NCBI GenBank assembly: GCA_963169645.1
Contig: CAUJCO010000007.1
Location: 13,803 to 77,802 of the forward strand
From: Bacteroidota bacterium
Lineage (GTDB): Bacteria; Bacteroidota; Bacteroidia; Chitinophagales; JADIYW01
DNA length: 64,000 nt
Direction: 5' to 3'
This document shows positions 26,688 to 36,095 of the stretch, in pieces. The number at the start of each line of letters is the position of its first letter. Position 1 is the stretch's first letter. A model generated the notes under the pieces. It saw nothing but the letters and a program-made list of their open reading frames with translations. It had not been told where the DNA came from and did no database searches. A program made the position numbers and the translations under genes.

Positions 26688-27176
26688 ATGCAAACCCAAC
26701 AAACAGTAGGCAGTTATTTTAAAACGATGAACATATTGCATTATGTGATGTGTTTAGGATTTATTTTAATTGTTGCAGGTGCACGTGTGTATGTAAAACA
26801 GAATCCAGACACACAAGCCTTTCCTCAAAATTTTGTTTTTGAAATTATCGGAATTGCAATAGGTGCAATAGGTGTGATGGCCGCACGATTTTTATTTTTT
26901 CAAAAAGCAAAAGAAGCATTATCTGTCTTTACATTAGGAGAAAAACTAAATATTTTCAGGTTTGCCCATTTAATTCAAATTGCCATTTTAGAAGGTGTCG
27001 GTATGATAAATATTGTGTTCTATTTTTTAACGCATAAAGACCTTCATTTTTTTATTGCCGTTGGGATAGCAATTATGATGGTATTCCGAAGACCGCAACG
27101 CCCCATTGCTGCTATGGTTTTATTTTCCGGCATGGATGATAAACAAATCATCTATGATGATTCGATTCCTATTTAA
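26688..27176 (+). CDS. hypothetical membrane protein (about 4 TM)
   Basis: 162-aa ORF with four hydrophobic helices. No family recognised. Confidence 0.5.
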   Translation: MQTQQTVGSYFKTMNILHYVMCLGFILIVAGARVYVKQNPDTQAFPQNFVFEIIGIAIGAIGVMAARFLFFQKAKEALSVFTLGEKLNIFRFAHLIQIAILEGVGMINIVFYFLTHKDLHFFIAVGIAIMMVFRRPQRPIAAMVLFSGMDDKQIIYDDSIPI

Positions 27177-27655
27177 AATAAAGGATTTTCGCTGATTAAT
27201 ATACCATCTTCATCACAATAAATATATTGTTCCGGATGGAAAAATACGTGTGCAAAATCTACTGTAATATTTTTCAATCCCGGATATTTTTTTACGGAAC
27301 GGGTTGGGTTCGTATTTAACGCTTTGATACCGATTTCCATTGCATTAATGGCAGCACTATCACGAATACAACCATTTACAATTATGCCTTCCCATTCATT
27401 TTTGATAGCTGCAGCAGCCAATAAATCGCCGACCAATGCCACACGTAAGGAAGCTCCACCATCAATAACCAATACTTTACCTTTTCCATTTACATTGCGT
27501 AACGTATCGCCTACGGGTGTATTATCTTCAAAACATTTTATCGTATATATTTGTCCGTGGAATTGTTTTTTCATTCCATAATTTTGAAAAATAGGTAATG
27601 CAACGTGTACTTTTCCTTCGTTCGCATCAAATAAATCGGCTGTGGAGAATGACAT
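27173..27655 (-). CDS. rraA: RraA family protein (RNase E regulator / HMG-CHA aldolase fold)
   Basis: The ATG at 27655 gives MSFSTADLFDANEGKVHV. Motifs VIDGGASLRVALVGDLLA and NGCIRD are present. The ORF-track start 27700 is TTG. Confidence 0.8.
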   Translation of the reverse strand: MSFSTADLFDANEGKVHVALPIFQNYGMKKQFHGQIYTIKCFEDNTPVGDTLRNVNGKGKVLVIDGGASLRVALVGDLLAAAAIKNEWEGIIVNGCIRDSAAINAMEIGIKALNTNPTRSVKKYPGLKNITVDFAHVFFHPEQYIYCDEDGILISENPLF

Positions 27656-27751
27656 AGTATATAATTTTAAAAAAATGAAAGATAAATTTTTGGTGTACAA
27701 TTTTAGTTAAAAATTTGCGCACTTCATAAATCTAAATCTTAAATTTACAAT

Positions 27752-28678
27752 ATGCCACAACAATATACTGCTCATTTAATGATGATTCGTCCGGCTTGTT
27801 TTCAATTTAATATGGAAACTGCTGCTTCTAATGCATTTCAACATGCTATTGAAGGATTATCTAAAGAAGAAATAAAACAAAAAGCAATTGCAGAATTTGA
27901 TAACTATGTGAATACGTTGCAAGAACATAAGATAAATGTTTTGGTGATACAGGATACGAAAGAACCAGCTAAACCGGATGCCATTTTTCCGAATAACTGG
28001 ATTAGTATGCATGCAAATGGTCAAGTATGCTTGTATCCGATGTTTACGCCAAATCGACGAGCAGAAGTAAGAAAAGAAATTTTAGACACGCTTAAAAATA
28101 ATTTTAACATAATCGAAATCAAAGATTATACTTCGTATGCACTGCAGCATCAATTTTTAGAAGGAACCGGAAGCATCATTTTTGATCATATACATAGGAT
28201 TGCGTATGCTTGTTTATCACCAAGAACAGACCAAACGCTGTATATTCAATTTTGCAAAGAAATAGATTATGAAGCGGTTTATTTTTCTGCGGTAGATGCT
28301 CAAAAAAAAGCTATTTATCATACAAATGTGATGCTTACCATCGGCGATACATTTGCTGTAATATGTTTAGATAGTATAACAAATGAAGCAGAACAAAATA
28401 TCGTTGTAGAAAAATTAGAGCAAACCGGGCACGAAATAATTGCTATTTCTTTAGAACAAATGAATGCATTTGCCGGAAATATGCTTCAAGTAATAAATGA
28501 AGACGGAAAAACGTATTTAATAATGTCGGAAACGGCGTATGATAGATTGGATGCACAACAAATAAAACAGCTAAAAAAACACACTTCTATTTTATCGGTA
28601 GAAATTCCAACTATTGAAACTATTGGTGGTGGAAGTGCGCGGTGTATGTTGGCGGAAATATTTTTAGAAAAAAAATAA
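27752..28678 (+). CDS. pentein/amidinotransferase-fold protein, arginine-deiminase-related (CtlX-like citrulline hydrolase, tentative)
   Basis: 308 aa with C-terminal GGGSARCMLAE (nucleophile Cys context). The N-terminus LMMIRPACFQFN is typical of this family. Confidence 0.6.
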   Translation: MPQQYTAHLMMIRPACFQFNMETAASNAFQHAIEGLSKEEIKQKAIAEFDNYVNTLQEHKINVLVIQDTKEPAKPDAIFPNNWISMHANGQVCLYPMFTPNRRAEVRKEILDTLKNNFNIIEIKDYTSYALQHQFLEGTGSIIFDHIHRIAYACLSPRTDQTLYIQFCKEIDYEAVYFSAVDAQKKAIYHTNVMLTIGDTFAVICLDSITNEAEQNIVVEKLEQTGHEIIAISLEQMNAFAGNMLQVINEDGKTYLIMSETAYDRLDAQQIKQLKKHTSILSVEIPTIETIGGGSARCMLAEIFLEKK

Positions 28679-28681
28679 AAC

Positions 28682-29155
28682 TTACAGCAATATCATTTTC
28701 CATTTATCGGATTCTGCGTATTCTTTGATTACTTTGTTTCTAAGTTCCATCAAATTTTTCATATATTTTTCCAAGAAAAGTGCATCGGCAATTTTCCCTA
28801 AAATACCAAAAGGTGCTTCATAGTCTAACACATCAGTTAAAATAGTTACACCATCTTTTGTTTCTAAAAAATGGTCGTGTTCAAACCGATTAAAGATTCC
28901 TTTTGTTTGAGTATCTCTAAATGAAAATGGTTTATTGAAATTTGAAATTTTTGAAGTTAGGAACTGTGTAACGCCGAAATGATAGGCTTGCCATGTAACA
29001 GACTCACCGTCTTCAATTAAACCGGATGTTCGGCCGGCTACTGCTTCTTCTTTTGTGTGTGCCATAGATATTTTATGAATCTCTATGCTACGCGACAAAT
29101 CAAAACAGCGTTCTATGGGTGCATTAACTATGGTTTGTATTTGAATATGAGGCAT
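28682..29155 (-). CDS. SRPBCC (START/Bet v1-like) family protein
   Basis: 157 aa, with an N-terminal I.APIERCFDLSRSIE.H pattern typical of the polyketide-cyclase/dehydrase-like fold. Confidence 0.65.
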   Translation of the reverse strand: MPHIQIQTIVNAPIERCFDLSRSIEIHKISMAHTKEEAVAGRTSGLIEDGESVTWQAYHFGVTQFLTSKISNFNKPFSFRDTQTKGIFNRFEHDHFLETKDGVTILTDVLDYEAPFGILGKIADALFLEKYMKNLMELRNKVIKEYAESDKWKMILL

Positions 29156-29177
29156 TCCATACTTTTACACATCCAAT

Positions 29178-30350
29178 TTAGTATAAAAATTCGCCATATT
29201 TACTTTTTATGGTCACATTTTTTTGTGGCGCTGCTTCTACATACCCAATTATTTGTGCATCAATATTAAAGGATTTGGAGATGTCAATTACTTGTTGAGC
29301 AAATGCTGCATCCAAATACATTTCTAATCTATGGCCACAATTAAAAACTTGATACATTTCTTTCCAATCTGTTTTACTTTCAGCTTGTATCAATTTAAAC
29401 AGCGGCGGAATTTCGAATAAATTATCTTTAATAATGTGTAGTTTATCTATATAATGAAGAATTTTAGTTTGAGCACCACCGCTGCAATGTATAATACCAT
29501 TAATGTTTTTAGTACCGATTTCATCAATCACTTTTTTTACAATTGGTGCATAGGTACGAGTTGGTGAAAGCACCAATTTTCCGGCATCTAAAGGTGCATC
29601 TTCAACAATATCGGTCAACAATTTTGTACCGGAATAAATGAAATTAAAATCTGTATTTGGGTCGTATGCTTCCGGATATTTTTCTGTATAAATTTTGGAG
29701 AACACATCGTGCCGTGCAGAAGTTAATCCATTGCTGCCCATTCCGCCATTGTAAGCTTGTTCGTACGTTGCTTGGCCATACGATGCCAAGCCAACAATAA
29801 CATTTCCGGGTTGTATTCTTGCATTGTCAATTACTTCATCGCGTTTAAAACGTGCTGTCATGACGGCATCAACGGATACAGTACGAATGACATCGCCCAT
29901 ATCAGCAGTTTCGCCACCCATAGCGTGAATTGTCACCCCATTTTGATGCATCATTTCTACTACTTCATTTGTTCCATCTATCAATGCTTTAATTACTTCA
30001 CCAGAAATTAGATGTTTATTTCTATTGATGATACTTGACATTAGAAAATTAGAAGTAGCTCCAACACAAATTAAATCGTCGGTGTTCATTACAATGGCAT
30101 CTTGTGCAATACCTTTCCAAACGGATAAATCGCCGGTTTCACGCCAATATAAATACGCTAATACACTTTTTGTTCCGGCACCATCAGCGTGAATGATAGA
30201 ACAATAATTTTCATCATTCGTAAGATGGTCTGGATAAATTTTACAAAATGCGTTTGGATATAATCCTTTATCTACATTTTTTATGGCAGCGTGCACTTCA
30301 TCTTTTGTGGCAGAAACACCGCGTTGGTCGTATCGATTTGTTGAGCTCAT
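29178..30350 (-). CDS. purM: AIR synthase family protein (phosphoribosylformylglycinamidine cyclo-ligase, long Bacteroidota type)
   Basis: 390 aa with the HADGAGTKS motif and AIRS N/C domain layout. Confidence 0.75.
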   Translation of the reverse strand: MSSTNRYDQRGVSATKDEVHAAIKNVDKGLYPNAFCKIYPDHLTNDENYCSIIHADGAGTKSVLAYLYWRETGDLSVWKGIAQDAIVMNTDDLICVGATSNFLMSSIINRNKHLISGEVIKALIDGTNEVVEMMHQNGVTIHAMGGETADMGDVIRTVSVDAVMTARFKRDEVIDNARIQPGNVIVGLASYGQATYEQAYNGGMGSNGLTSARHDVFSKIYTEKYPEAYDPNTDFNFIYSGTKLLTDIVEDAPLDAGKLVLSPTRTYAPIVKKVIDEIGTKNINGIIHCSGGAQTKILHYIDKLHIIKDNLFEIPPLFKLIQAESKTDWKEMYQVFNCGHRLEMYLDAAFAQQVIDISKSFNIDAQIIGYVEAAPQKNVTIKSKYGEFLY

Positions 30351-30366
30351 CTCGGATATTAAAATG

Positions 30367-30374
30367 CAAATATA
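30367..30374 (-). promoter_or_regulatory. Bacteroidota -7 promoter box (TATATTTG on minus strand)
   Basis: Exact TAnnTTTG, with its G exactly 17 nt upstream of the purM ATG (30350). Confidence 0.5.
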
Positions 30375-30430
30375 CTACATGTAAAAGGATAATTCTGAAC
30401 TCGATTCGTTTAAGTGTAATTTATTAAAAT

Positions 30431-30462
30431 AAAAAAAATGCTACCCAAACTGAGTAGCATTT
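30431..30462 (-). terminator. rho-independent terminator after the 30485..31498 gene
   Basis: On the minus strand: AAATGCTAC-loop-GTAGCATTT followed by a T-run (A8 on the plus strand at 30431-30438). Confidence 0.7.
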
Positions 30463-30484
30463 AATGAAGGAGATAATAAATTGT

Positions 30485-31498
30485 TTATTTTAACAAGGTT
30501 ACATGACCTGTATAGGTTTTCTTTCTTCCTGTAGTTAAAACAGGATTTACATCGTAAGTTGTATTTGCTGTAATGGTAATTAATTTGCTGGAATATACCC
30601 AATCTTCACCATCTGTAGAACAAAAGATTAAGTAGCACTCTAAACCAATCGGAATTTGACCATAATGTTCAGAGAATATTTTTGTTGTTGGGTCATACGT
30701 ATCTAATCTTGCTAAACCACTTTCTTCACCTTTATATTTTAAATAGATGGCACAATTTGAATAATCGTAGCCTTCCGGTGCTTTCACTTGCATCGTAGTT
30801 TTGGGTCTTGGATCGGAATGGAAACGGTCGATATTCGTCCAACCTAATTCATTCACCAATGTATTGTAATAAATTTCGAATTCACCAGATAAGGAATCTT
30901 GTCTATCAATAAACTTTACATTATTATGTCCTGTACCATCCTCTACTAATTCCCAACCTTCTACTTTATCTAAACCATCGTCATCTGAATCACAATCACA
31001 ATCTTTAAATAATTGCATTGGCAAACCACCATTGTCGCTTTTATCAACCGGTACACTTAAATCTAATGGAAGTACGAGTGTTAGCATTTTACCGTTTTTG
31101 CGAACGGCAATATTAAACTCGCCACCACTCACTAACATAGCTCGCTTGCCATCCGGCAAAATTCCCATCGTAGGTGCATCGCAAGCAGCCATATTTCCAC
31201 TGTCATAAATTTCTACAAATTCTAAATCAACAGGACCTGTAACCGGTAAAGAATTATCCGTAAGTGCATTGGGTGGAATAACAAGTATGGCTCCACTATC
31301 TGATACAAAGGTAAGACCGGTTTCAGCATTAAAAGTAGCAGACTGAACTAAATCATCAAAAGCAGCTTTGTGTAGTGCTTTAAATTGTACAGCTGTTGGA
31401 TACTTAGATACATTGTCTTTGTTACATGCAGACAATGACAACATAGAAATTATTGCAATCATTGCAATAGAGAACTGTGTTTTAAAATTTGTTTTCAT
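30485..31498 (-). CDS. hypothetical lipoprotein with acidic Cys/Asp motif
   Basis: The ATG at 31498 gives MKTNFKTQFSIAMIAIISMLSLSAC (lipobox). There is an internal KDCDCDSDDDGLD stretch. No family recognised. The ORF-track start 31543 is TTG. Confidence 0.55.
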   Translation of the reverse strand: MKTNFKTQFSIAMIAIISMLSLSACNKDNVSKYPTAVQFKALHKAAFDDLVQSATFNAETGLTFVSDSGAILVIPPNALTDNSLPVTGPVDLEFVEIYDSGNMAACDAPTMGILPDGKRAMLVSGGEFNIAVRKNGKMLTLVLPLDLSVPVDKSDNGGLPMQLFKDCDCDSDDDGLDKVEGWELVEDGTGHNNVKFIDRQDSLSGEFEIYYNTLVNELGWTNIDRFHSDPRPKTTMQVKAPEGYDYSNCAIYLKYKGEESGLARLDTYDPTTKIFSEHYGQIPIGLECYLIFCSTDGEDWVYSSKLITITANTTYDVNPVLTTGRKKTYTGHVTLLK

Positions 31499-31748
31499 AA
31501 TACTTAATTTTAATAGTTTGTAATATTTTATTTTAATCCGCAATGTTTAATTGTTGATGTAAAATTGACGTATTACCGTAACTAAAAAAATTACATTATT
31601 TGTGCGCTATACTTGAAAAGTAGAGGATGAATTCGGATAAATTACAGATACAAACAAACACAACAAATTGATTTACAGCGAAGTAAATTAGTTACCAAAA
31701 TCATTGGTTATGAAAAGAAAATGCAAAAAATAGATAGAAATTAAATGA

Positions 31749-33731
31749 TTAATTCAAAATTTTAAAGGTAGTTCGTCTATTTTTTTGATGTTGTTCTTCG
31801 CTGCATTTTTCGCATACACAAGCTTCTATCGGCATGGATTCTCCGTATCCTTTGGCTGTTAATCGTTCCGGTTCTATGCCGTTTTTAATTAAATATTGCA
31901 CTACACTTTCTGCTCTTTTTTGGGATAAAAGTTGATTGTATGCATCTTTACCACGACAGTCGGTATGTGATGATAATTGAATTTTGATAGATGGATTATG
32001 CTTTAAAATATAAACGAGTGTATCTAAACTTTTTTCAGCATCTGCACGAATATTCCATTTGTCGTAATCATAATAAATATTGTTTAATGTAATTTCTACA
32101 TTTTTATAAATTTTTTGGAGCACCACATCTCGTTGTATGATAATTGTATCGCCATTTTTAGCCGGTAAATCTGCGGCTATTGTTTCTTCTGTTGAAAGAT
32201 AATCTGTTTTAGAAATAGCAATTTTAAAATTTTTTCCTTGTGGAATGATGGATTGGACTAAACCGTTTTTGTCTGTATGTAATGATGTTGATGTTGATGT
32301 TGAATTATTATCCGTAAAATTAGGTAAAGTAACGGTTGCATTTTCCAAAGCTTCTAATCCTAAATAAGTAGAATTCGGGTTGTTATTATCTGCATATTTT
32401 TTAGCTTGAACATTTACTTTTAACACAAAAACAGCCGGTGGAAGTGGCTCGGCAGGTGCCATTCGTTTTTCAAAATAATAAATATCATCTAAGCCTTTTC
32501 CGCCCGGCCTGTTAGATGTCAGATAGCCACAAAGCAACACCGAATCATCGGTAGGCTTTTGCAAAGCAATACTAAAATCATCACCTCCACTATTAATACC
32601 ATATCCTAAATTTTGGGCATTGGTAAAAATTTTTCCTTCTCTTTCTGCTACAAAAATGTCCAAACCTCCACAACCAATTTTCCCATTGGATGAAAAATAT
32701 AATTTATTATTGGGTGAAATTACCGGAAACAACTCATCTCCTTGTGTATTAATTTTTGCTCCGGCATTCATTGGATACTCAAAATTTCCGGAAACATTTT
32801 TTTTCGCTAAGAAGATATCACGACCGCCGTATCCTTCTTTACTATCGGAAACAAAATACAATTCTGACTCATCTATTGATAAATAAGGTTGACCTTCATT
32901 AATCGTATCAGCCAATAATTTCAGGCGTTCCGGCTCACTCCAGGTGTCATCCATATTTTTGGTTGATTTATAGATGTGACAGTATGCATTTTTATCTTTA
33001 GCTTCCGGTAAACATCTTGTAAAATAGGCAGTTTTACCATCTTTTGAAATTACCAATTCTGCATCGTGGAAATTAGCATTAATGGGCGATGACAATGCAA
33101 CTGGGTTGGTGAATTCCGTTTTTTTTAATTGTTGAGCTACATAAATGTCGATATAATTTAAACCGGTCCATTCATCTTTTGTATTTTCTTTATTTAATTT
33201 AGTCGATGAAAAATAAAGTGTTTCATTTTTAATAAATGGAGCAAATTCTAATTCGGATGAATTAAAATTCAGATTCGTTAATTGGGTTAATGCCGGTTTT
33301 TGCTGAATTTTTAAGATTGTATCTAAAAAATCAATTTCTTTTTGCAATCGAAATTTTTCACTTTTATTTGCTTTAAGATAGGTATCAATAACTTTATATG
33401 CATCTTGATATTTTTCGTTTCGTTTTAGTGCATTTACATACATCAACACTGCATCATTGACAACTCTTAAATCAGCAATTTTTTGATACCATTTTTCTGC
33501 TTCTTGATAGTTAAGTTGTTTATCATAACTATCTGCAATTTTCAACGCTATTTTAGATTGGTCAATGGGTGTTTTGGCTTTAGCGAAATCTTTCTGTAAT
33601 AAATCAGCTGCTAAAGAAAATTTTTTATATGCGTAGGCCGTTTCACCATCTTGAATTTTTGTGCCGGATTTACATGAAATCACTAAAGAAAATAATGCAA
33701 TTATATATAGAAAATGAGCAGACTTTACCAT
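31749..33731 (-). CDS. OmpA family lipoprotein with TPR-like and TolB/PD40-like repeats
   Basis: Lipobox LVISC. The C-terminal OmpA peptidoglycan-binding domain is SSHTDCRGKDAYNQLLSQKRAESV...NRRTTFKI. Confidence 0.8.
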   Translation of the reverse strand: MVKSAHFLYIIALFSLVISCKSGTKIQDGETAYAYKKFSLAADLLQKDFAKAKTPIDQSKIALKIADSYDKQLNYQEAEKWYQKIADLRVVNDAVLMYVNALKRNEKYQDAYKVIDTYLKANKSEKFRLQKEIDFLDTILKIQQKPALTQLTNLNFNSSELEFAPFIKNETLYFSSTKLNKENTKDEWTGLNYIDIYVAQQLKKTEFTNPVALSSPINANFHDAELVISKDGKTAYFTRCLPEAKDKNAYCHIYKSTKNMDDTWSEPERLKLLADTINEGQPYLSIDESELYFVSDSKEGYGGRDIFLAKKNVSGNFEYPMNAGAKINTQGDELFPVISPNNKLYFSSNGKIGCGGLDIFVAEREGKIFTNAQNLGYGINSGGDDFSIALQKPTDDSVLLCGYLTSNRPGGKGLDDIYYFEKRMAPAEPLPPAVFVLKVNVQAKKYADNNNPNSTYLGLEALENATVTLPNFTDNNSTSTSTSLHTDKNGLVQSIIPQGKNFKIAISKTDYLSTEETIAADLPAKNGDTIIIQRDVVLQKIYKNVEITLNNIYYDYDKWNIRADAEKSLDTLVYILKHNPSIKIQLSSHTDCRGKDAYNQLLSQKRAESVVQYLIKNGIEPERLTAKGYGESMPIEACVCEKCSEEQHQKNRRTTFKILN

Positions 33732-33763
33732 AGATTAAAAGTAATAAAATTAGTGAATAATGC

Positions 33764-33809
33764 AAAAACAAAAAAGATTTCTAAAGTAAGCGTTACTTTA
33801 GAAATCTTT
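33764..33809 (-). terminator. strong rho-independent terminator after glnN
   Basis: AAAGATTTCTAAAGTAA-GCG-TTACTTTAGAAATCTTT with perfect 17-bp arms (33773..33809). On the minus strand it is followed by a T-rich tract. Confidence 0.8.
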
Positions 33810-33833
33810 ATAACAAAACAAAATGCAAATTGC

Positions 33834-36026
33834 TTATTTAGCAAATAACATTTCTCTGTATTTTGGTAATGGCCATAATTCGTCATCTACCAAACCTTCA
33901 ATTTTATCTACTATTTCACGAATTTCATCCATCAAAGGTTTTACTTTATCGCAATATAACAATGCTTGTTTTTTGGCATGTGTCATGTCATTGCCTTTCA
34001 CACGTAAATCGAACATTTCTTTATCTAATTTTACTATTTTATCGATGCCTTCAGAAATTTGTTTTAATAAATCTAATTGAGCAGCGTATAATTTAGCATC
34101 TAAACCAACTTCCTTTAAACCTTTCACATTTGTGATTAATTTATTTTGATATTCGATACAAGCCGGAATAATTTGATTGATTACGATTTCGCCTAGTGCA
34201 CGAGATTCGATTTGCATTGCTTTCACATAATTTTCTAATGCGATTTCATAACGAGCTTCCGCTTCGCGGTGTGTATAAATACCTTGGCTTTCAAATAATT
34301 TAATAGATTTTTCTGACACCAATACATCTAATGCTGTAGGCGTGTTTTTGTTGTTACTTAAACCACGTTTTTTAGCTTCTTTATGCCATTCGTCAGAATA
34401 ATTATCACCTTCAAAGATGATTCTTTTCGCATCTTTAATTGTTTTACGTAATACTTTTAAGATAGCTACATCTTTGTAATCACCACCTTTAATATATCCA
34501 TCTACTTCTGTCTTAAACAAAGTTAATTGTTCAGCAACAATAGTATTTAAAACAGTCATTGGTAATGCACAATTAGCAGATGAACCTACTGCACGGAATT
34601 CAAATTTATTTCCGGTAAATGCAAAAGGTGAAGTTCTGTTTCTATCGGTATTATCTAACATAATATCCGGAATACGGTTATGAATATCTAATCGTAAGGA
34701 GATATTGTCTTGCTCGTCAAATTTATCTTCATCCACACGGCTTTCAATCATATCTAAAACTTCTTTTAAATAAGAACCTGTAAAAACAGAAATAATAGCC
34801 GGTGGTGCTTCGTTCGCTCCTAAACGGTGATCATTACCATGTGAAGCAACCGATGCACGCAATAATTCTTCGTGTCTATTTACTGCAGCAATCGTATTAA
34901 TGAAGAACGTCAAAAACTGTAAGTTTGTTCTTGGTGTTTTGCCTGGAGAAAGTAAATTTACACCGGTATCAGTACTCATACTCCAGTTATTATGTTTACC
35001 ACTTCCATTTACACCGGCAAATGGTTTTTCATGGAATAATACTTTTAACTTATGTTTTGATGAAACTCTATCCATTACATCCATTAAAAGTGAGTTGTGG
35101 TCAACTGCTAAGTTAGCTTCTTCGAACATAGGTGCACACTCAAATTGAGATGGAGCAACTTCATTATGTCTTGTACGGATTGGAATACCTAATTTCAAGC
35201 ATTCAATTTCAAAATCACGCATATAAGCATAAACGCGTTCCGGAATAGCACCAAAATAATGGTCTTCTAATTGTTGACCTTTCGGAGAGCGTTTTCCTAA
35301 TAAAGTTCTACCGGTCATTACTAAATCCGGGCGAGCATAATACATGGCAGAATCCACTAAAAAATACTCTTGTTCCCAACCCAAGGTAGTTTGTACATGT
35401 TTTACATCTCTGTCAAAATAGTGAGCAACTTCTGTAGCTGCTACATCTAATGCTTGGATTGATTTTAATAAAGGTGCTTTAAAATCTAATGTTTCGCCTG
35501 TATATGAGATAAAAATAGTTGGCACGCAAAGTGTTTTACCATTACCTACAGTCATAATGAATGCCGGTGAAGTAACGTCCCATGCAGTATAACCACGTGC
35601 TTCAAATGTAACACGAATACCACCGGAAGGAAAAGAAGATGCATCCGGTTCTTGTTGTACTAAGGCATCTGCACTAAACTCTTCTATACCACTTCCATTT
35701 TTGGGCATAAAGAAAGAGTCGTGTTTTTCAGCAGTTGTACCTGTTAATGGTTGAAACCAATGTGTAAAATGGGTAGCACCTTGTTTCATTGCCCATGCTT
35801 TCATTGCAGAAGCAACTTGGTCTGCAATCTCGCGTTCTACTTTTTTACCTTCTTTTATAGAAGCAGATAATTTTTTATAAGCATCAGAAGGAAGAAACTC
35901 TTTCATTTCTTTTTCACCAAACACGGCTGAAGCAAAGAAATCAGAAATCTTTTCTGATGGTAATTCAATATTTAATTTTGGTCTTGAGGAAAATGCAGAA
36001 ATTGCATTAAATCTTGTTTTTGACAT
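33834..36026 (-). CDS. glnN: type III glutamine synthetase
   Basis: About 730 aa from the ATG at 36026 (MSKTRFNAI); the ORF-track start 36047 is TTG. Motifs include HFTHWFQPLTG and NGSGKHNNWS. Confidence 0.9.
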   Translation of the reverse strand: MSKTRFNAISAFSSRPKLNIELPSEKISDFFASAVFGEKEMKEFLPSDAYKKLSASIKEGKKVEREIADQVASAMKAWAMKQGATHFTHWFQPLTGTTAEKHDSFFMPKNGSGIEEFSADALVQQEPDASSFPSGGIRVTFEARGYTAWDVTSPAFIMTVGNGKTLCVPTIFISYTGETLDFKAPLLKSIQALDVAATEVAHYFDRDVKHVQTTLGWEQEYFLVDSAMYYARPDLVMTGRTLLGKRSPKGQQLEDHYFGAIPERVYAYMRDFEIECLKLGIPIRTRHNEVAPSQFECAPMFEEANLAVDHNSLLMDVMDRVSSKHKLKVLFHEKPFAGVNGSGKHNNWSMSTDTGVNLLSPGKTPRTNLQFLTFFINTIAAVNRHEELLRASVASHGNDHRLGANEAPPAIISVFTGSYLKEVLDMIESRVDEDKFDEQDNISLRLDIHNRIPDIMLDNTDRNRTSPFAFTGNKFEFRAVGSSANCALPMTVLNTIVAEQLTLFKTEVDGYIKGGDYKDVAILKVLRKTIKDAKRIIFEGDNYSDEWHKEAKKRGLSNNKNTPTALDVLVSEKSIKLFESQGIYTHREAEARYEIALENYVKAMQIESRALGEIVINQIIPACIEYQNKLITNVKGLKEVGLDAKLYAAQLDLLKQISEGIDKIVKLDKEMFDLRVKGNDMTHAKKQALLYCDKVKPLMDEIREIVDKIEGLVDDELWPLPKYREMLFAK

Positions 36027-36095
36027 AATAAATGTATTTTCATGCAAAATTGATGAAATTTTTCAAATAAATAAAATTAAAATAGTTTCTTATTG

